Origin: Octopus sinensis
Lineage: Eukaryota
DNA: 23,725 bases
Direction of reading: 5' to 3'
Assembly: GCF_006345805.1 (NCBI RefSeq)
Contig: NW_021836565.1
Coordinates: forward strand, 1-23,725
The translations under genes and the position numbers were made by a program. This document shows, piece by piece, positions 19,736-23,725 of the stretch. Position 1 is the first letter of the stretch. Every line of letters begins with the position of its first letter. The notes beneath the pieces are model-generated. The model did no database searches and was not told the DNA's origin. It saw nothing but the letters and a program-made list of their open reading frames with translations.

Positions 19736-21639
19736 TCTATGTGAGACTTCATGTGTGTGTTCGTCCCCCCACCCCCATTTTCTCTAGTATGTAGCAATCA
19801 CTTTATTTCCAGCTGCCACCATTAATGGTGTTCAATCTCTGCGTTCTACAACCGTGTCCTATTTTTTGCACCTCATTGGACGCCATGTCACTTCCAGTTT
19901 TCTTTTCCTCTCGCTTGCTCGCTCCCCGTCTCTCCTTCTCTCTCGCTCTCTTTCACTCTCCCTTACTTTCTTTCTTTTTTCTTTCTTTGCCCCACTCTTC
20001 CCTTTATATTCCTCTCTATCTCTGCCCGAGTTACCAATACCTTCTTCACTTCGCTGCTTCCCATTCTTATTGATTTAAAATGTCCTCATTCTGCTTTTCT
20101 TCTCCATTACTCTAATCTCCTTAATTTCTCTTACAACGCTATTTCTTATTACTACCGCCTTTTCTTGCATGCAGCCTGCTCTTCCTGCCATTCATTGTAA
20201 TTATTCTTTTAAAAATGCATTTTGATAAATTTTCGCCTCATGTCAAATCTTTTGAATACGTCAAATTACAGTCATAACCAAATGTAGTCCCCCTCCGCAC
20301 TTTTCTTTTTTAGTTATTCACACAATAAAATCACAACTGTTCCTTACAAAGAATTTTAAAACATGCAATTTTAAATCTGAATGCAATTGCTCGGTAAAAA
20401 ATAGATAAATATAGTTGTGCAAATGTGAGTGCACGGTGTCTAATTCGTGTACATTGACATATGGAAAGATAAACCAACGTCAAAGAACGAGAGAAAAAGG
20501 AGACCGAAAGATTAGGGGAAAGAGAGAGAAGAATTACGAATGATGGTCCATAGAAAGAACAGCTATCTCCGAAGTTTCAAGTATACATTGTAAGCTGAGC
20601 GTATGTGAGATTTGCAAGGTGTCATAAATAAAAAAAAAAAAACAAGGTGTGCTCTGAAGAACATGCTTGTTGTTGAAATACACCTGAATGCAGAAGTTGA
20701 GAACCGCATTGAGAAAATGATATCATTGTGAATTACAAAGAGAACAATCTCTTATGCGTGCCTGTGTGTGCGCGCACGCACGTAATTGTGTGTGTGCGTC
20801 CGTGTGTATTCGAATTATGCAACACAAACAGCTCTATAGAAAAAAAAACTTTATCAATAAAAACTTTCTCCTCGCTTTTGAATAGTTGTCCTCTTAGACA
20901 TTTCCAGCTTTGACATTGAAACTTCCACCGGACATGCAAGAATTCATTCTTGTCAACTGGTTATATTTTGTTGATTATATAATCCAAGACTTCACCCGAT
21001 ACTTCGTAATCGTAACATGGCTTTGGGCCACTGAATGAAGAGTAGAGATCGATCTGATAATTTTACGAGATTTAACTGTTTGATTATTCAAAAAACTATT
21101 GTCAATTTCCGCGTGTCCTACTACCTACACAGAAAGATCAAGCTAGACATCACTCGGAAGCGCGTATGACATGATAGTTTGTACCATACTGTAGCTAACT
21201 GCTTTAGGTATGTTGCAGACGGGATCAGGCGTAGGCACTGTATGCGTCCTTCTGCATTTGACAATGAATAGCATCCAAGGTGTAACAGCTAGAAATGAAA
21301 GCCTGCACCAACAGCCAGGTGATACTTATTTTGAGCTCCGTTGATAACAGCAAAGTGAAATGAATGCTTTGGTTCCTTGCTTGAGAAGACAACGCGCAAC
21401 TCCATCCATGAACCGAGTCACAAACATAAGATTCGCGAGCGCAGTATTCTAATATATATATATACACACACACAAACCACACACACACAGACACACACAC
21501 ACACACACAACACATACACACACATACTCACACACACACGTGCTATTGCACAAATACAGACTTGCGTGCACGCACATACCAACACACACGCACACATTCC
21601 TTCTCTTACACTCTCCTATCTTAGAAATAACTTCTTCAC

Positions 21640-21836
21640 CTATTCCCTTTTGGTCATTTCAAAATGTAACCGCATGTGAATTGTTGGCGATTTTCTTCCT
21701 CCTGTTTCCGAGGAAGAGCGTCTGCTCGAAACGTTAAACCATCTTTTTTCCTTCCTGAGCATCTGCTAATTCTTCACATGTGCCACGTCTTCGCGTTGTT
21801 GTTTTTTTGTGCTTGTTTTTTCTTTTCTTTGGATTT
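21640..21836 (+). mobile_element. Penelope-like element terminal fragment, family P1
   Basis: Homologous to 191-392 and ends ttggatt before (CT)n(TA)n. Confidence 0.6.
21704..21739 (+). ncRNA. Minimal hammerhead-like motif, U4C core variant
   Basis: GTTT CCGAGGA A GAGC gtct GCTC GAAAC GTT AAAC, with perfect 4-bp stems I and II. Confidence 0.62.
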
Positions 21837-21837
21837 C

Positions 21838-21982
<145 letters not shown>

Positions 21983-22033
21983 AATGTATATACATATATA
22001 TATATGTGTGTGTGTGTTTGTATATATATTTGG

Positions 22034-23456
22034 TGGGTGAAAAGTAAGTAGGCGTTAAAAGTTAGTTAGTTGTAGTTAGTTAGTTAATTTGGCTCAAAAG
22101 CAAATAGCAAGGCCCATGTAGGGGGACATGGAGTTAAGTACAGGGTGGTGTTCATGTAAAGAGTTCAGGCCACTTGAGGTCCAGGGAGGCTTTGAACAAA
22201 GCGGTCGTCGGCATCTTCACCATCTCGTCTGGCAGCTTGTTCCACGGATCCGCAACCCGGACGGAGAAAGCTCCTCTCCTTCGATTGAGAGAAATCGTCG
22301 CAGGTAGAGCTTTTCGGAATGACCCCGCGCCGACGCTCCGGAGCAGGAGTGAAGAACAGCTCTTTCGAGAGGTTACACTCCCCTTATGATGTTGTGGGCG
22401 AGAATGAGGATCACCACGGCGGCGGCGTTTTTTCAAGAGAACAAAGGTCGAGCGTCCTCAGCCTTTCTTCGTAGGACAAATTTTTGAGACCATGAACCAT
22501 GCGGGTAGCCAGCCTCTGGACTCTTTCGAGGTGCTGTATGTCTTTGAGGAGATAAGGAGAAGAGGCTTGAATCCCATACTCCAATATGGGTCTCACCAGC
22601 GTGACATAGAGTGGCAGGAATATGGCTGCTGTGAGCATTCCGAATGACCGTCGAATCAAAAACAGAATTAATAAAATCCATTTTCCCTTTACAAATTTAT
22701 TGAGACAAATGATACCTGTTGTTTATTTCATGGTAAAATCACAGTAAATCTTCATGTTTCAACGTAACCACCGGTGGTGTCGACCATTTTCTTTGAACGG
22801 TCAGGCATGGAATGAACATCCTTCAGGAGGTTCAATGAGAACCTCCTGAATCCGTGTCTCCAAATCCACGAGGTTTTGTCTTGTAGACCTCTTCTTCTGT
22901 GTAACTCCACAGGTAAAAATCACATGGACTTCTGCAGTCACAGTGTTCGAGTTTTAGCTCCTGCACGTAAGAAAAATTCAATTCTTTATGCAACACTTTA
23001 CGTATTGTGTCTTGTTAGTCCACTTTCACGAACTGCTTGAATGTTGATTTTTGCGGGCTGCGATTAATCATGTCGTGCACTGGTGCCACATCTCCTCAAA
23101 TTGGGAAATGGATGGACGTCTACTTTTTCTTTCATCGTTTCCAAAGCCCGTGGACATCAGCTTTGCATAACACCCTTTATTGTCTGCGGACGTAGTGTTG
23201 CCAGCTTATGGAAACCATGCACGCCAGCAACTCTGAAACAAAACAAAGGAATTCTACATTTCATATCGTGCTGCTATCTTAGGACGCTCCTGAACAGTCA
23301 AGCGACCGGTCCCTCTGGGGAAAGAAATAAGAAATAAGACAATATAAAAGTAATGAATCCTCATTAGTTTTGTTTATTCAAAAATGTTTTTGTCATGACG
23401 TCAGAGATACTAGAAATTCTATAAGCAATTTCTAATGCCTAGCTACTTTCCATCCA
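22034..23456 (-). mobile_element. Decayed, internally deleted Tc1/mariner (DD37D-like) element with a nested LINE
   Basis: Minus-strand fragments RLTVQERPKIAARYE, DERKSRRPS, MINRSPQKST and TIRKVLHKELNF are fused to PCDFYLWSYTEEEVYKTKP...GGYVET*. Degenerate TIRs at 22034-22063 and 23427-23456 match 23/30 by eye. Confidence 0.75.
22060..22668 (-). mobile_element. 3' fragment of a third CR1-type LINE with (AACT)n tail
   Basis: LYVTLVRPILEYGIQASSPYLLKDIQHLERVQRLATRMVHGLKNLSYEERLRTLDL.SLEKRRRRGD, then FSVRVADPWNKLPDEMV...FKASLD. The tail reads (gtta)n on the plus strand at 22060-22086. Confidence 0.92.
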
Positions 23457-23725
23457 TATATATATATATATATACGGTTAAGTAATTGAGATTGTAGTGA
23501 ATTCTAAAGAGTTTCACATGAATATGGTCCTTACTAGATGCACCGGAAATCTATATGGTGTTAACCATACGACAAGTGGGTGATTACAAATAGGAAAAAA
23601 GCAACAAGAAATGGATTAAATCTCGGTACGATCGTTTCGTACGAGGACATATTTAATAAGCTACAAAAAATGCAGTGAATACAGATGGCTCGTACTCGTC
23701 AGCCGTCACCGAAAAAAACATCAGA

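Noticed and set aside
20645-20686. Hammerhead-like CTGAAGA..GAAA with ggtgt/acacc pairing
   Set aside because: There is no room for helix III, and stem I register is wrong.
20990-21050. Mariner-like SPD...FGPL.E peptide
   Set aside because: Short, with three stops and no supporting TIR or neighbouring motifs.
21190-21420. Possible host exon in GC-balanced unique sequence
   Set aside because: No recognisable protein motif or convincing splice pair. RNA-seq would be needed.
23640-23725. tacgagg mariner-type TIR start
   Set aside because: It lies at the window edge with no partner TIR or coding sequence visible.

Overview
This is AT-rich, repeat-saturated eukaryotic non-coding DNA. The SINE families and (TA)n density point to an octopod cephalopod, which is an inference from recall. 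I can support no intact host gene, and most listed ORFs are microsatellite or repeat read-throughs. The window holds three 5'-truncated CR1-superfamily LINE fragments with different 3' tails, ten tRNA-derived SINE copies in three modular families, a pogo/Tigger transposase fossil, two internally deleted Tc1/mariner elements, and Penelope-like element (PLE) remnants including a GIY-YIG fragment. The most striking unannotated signal is a set of at least six minimal type-I hammerhead-ribozyme-like motifs with non-canonical cores. One has a compensated G3-C8 core and lies inside a 273-bp palindromic element. Also notable: a SINE and a LINE share a 3' recognition tail, SINE families swap tails and modules, and two independent SINE insertions have 14-bp TSDs starting GGTATTT. 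All alignments and folds were done by eye.
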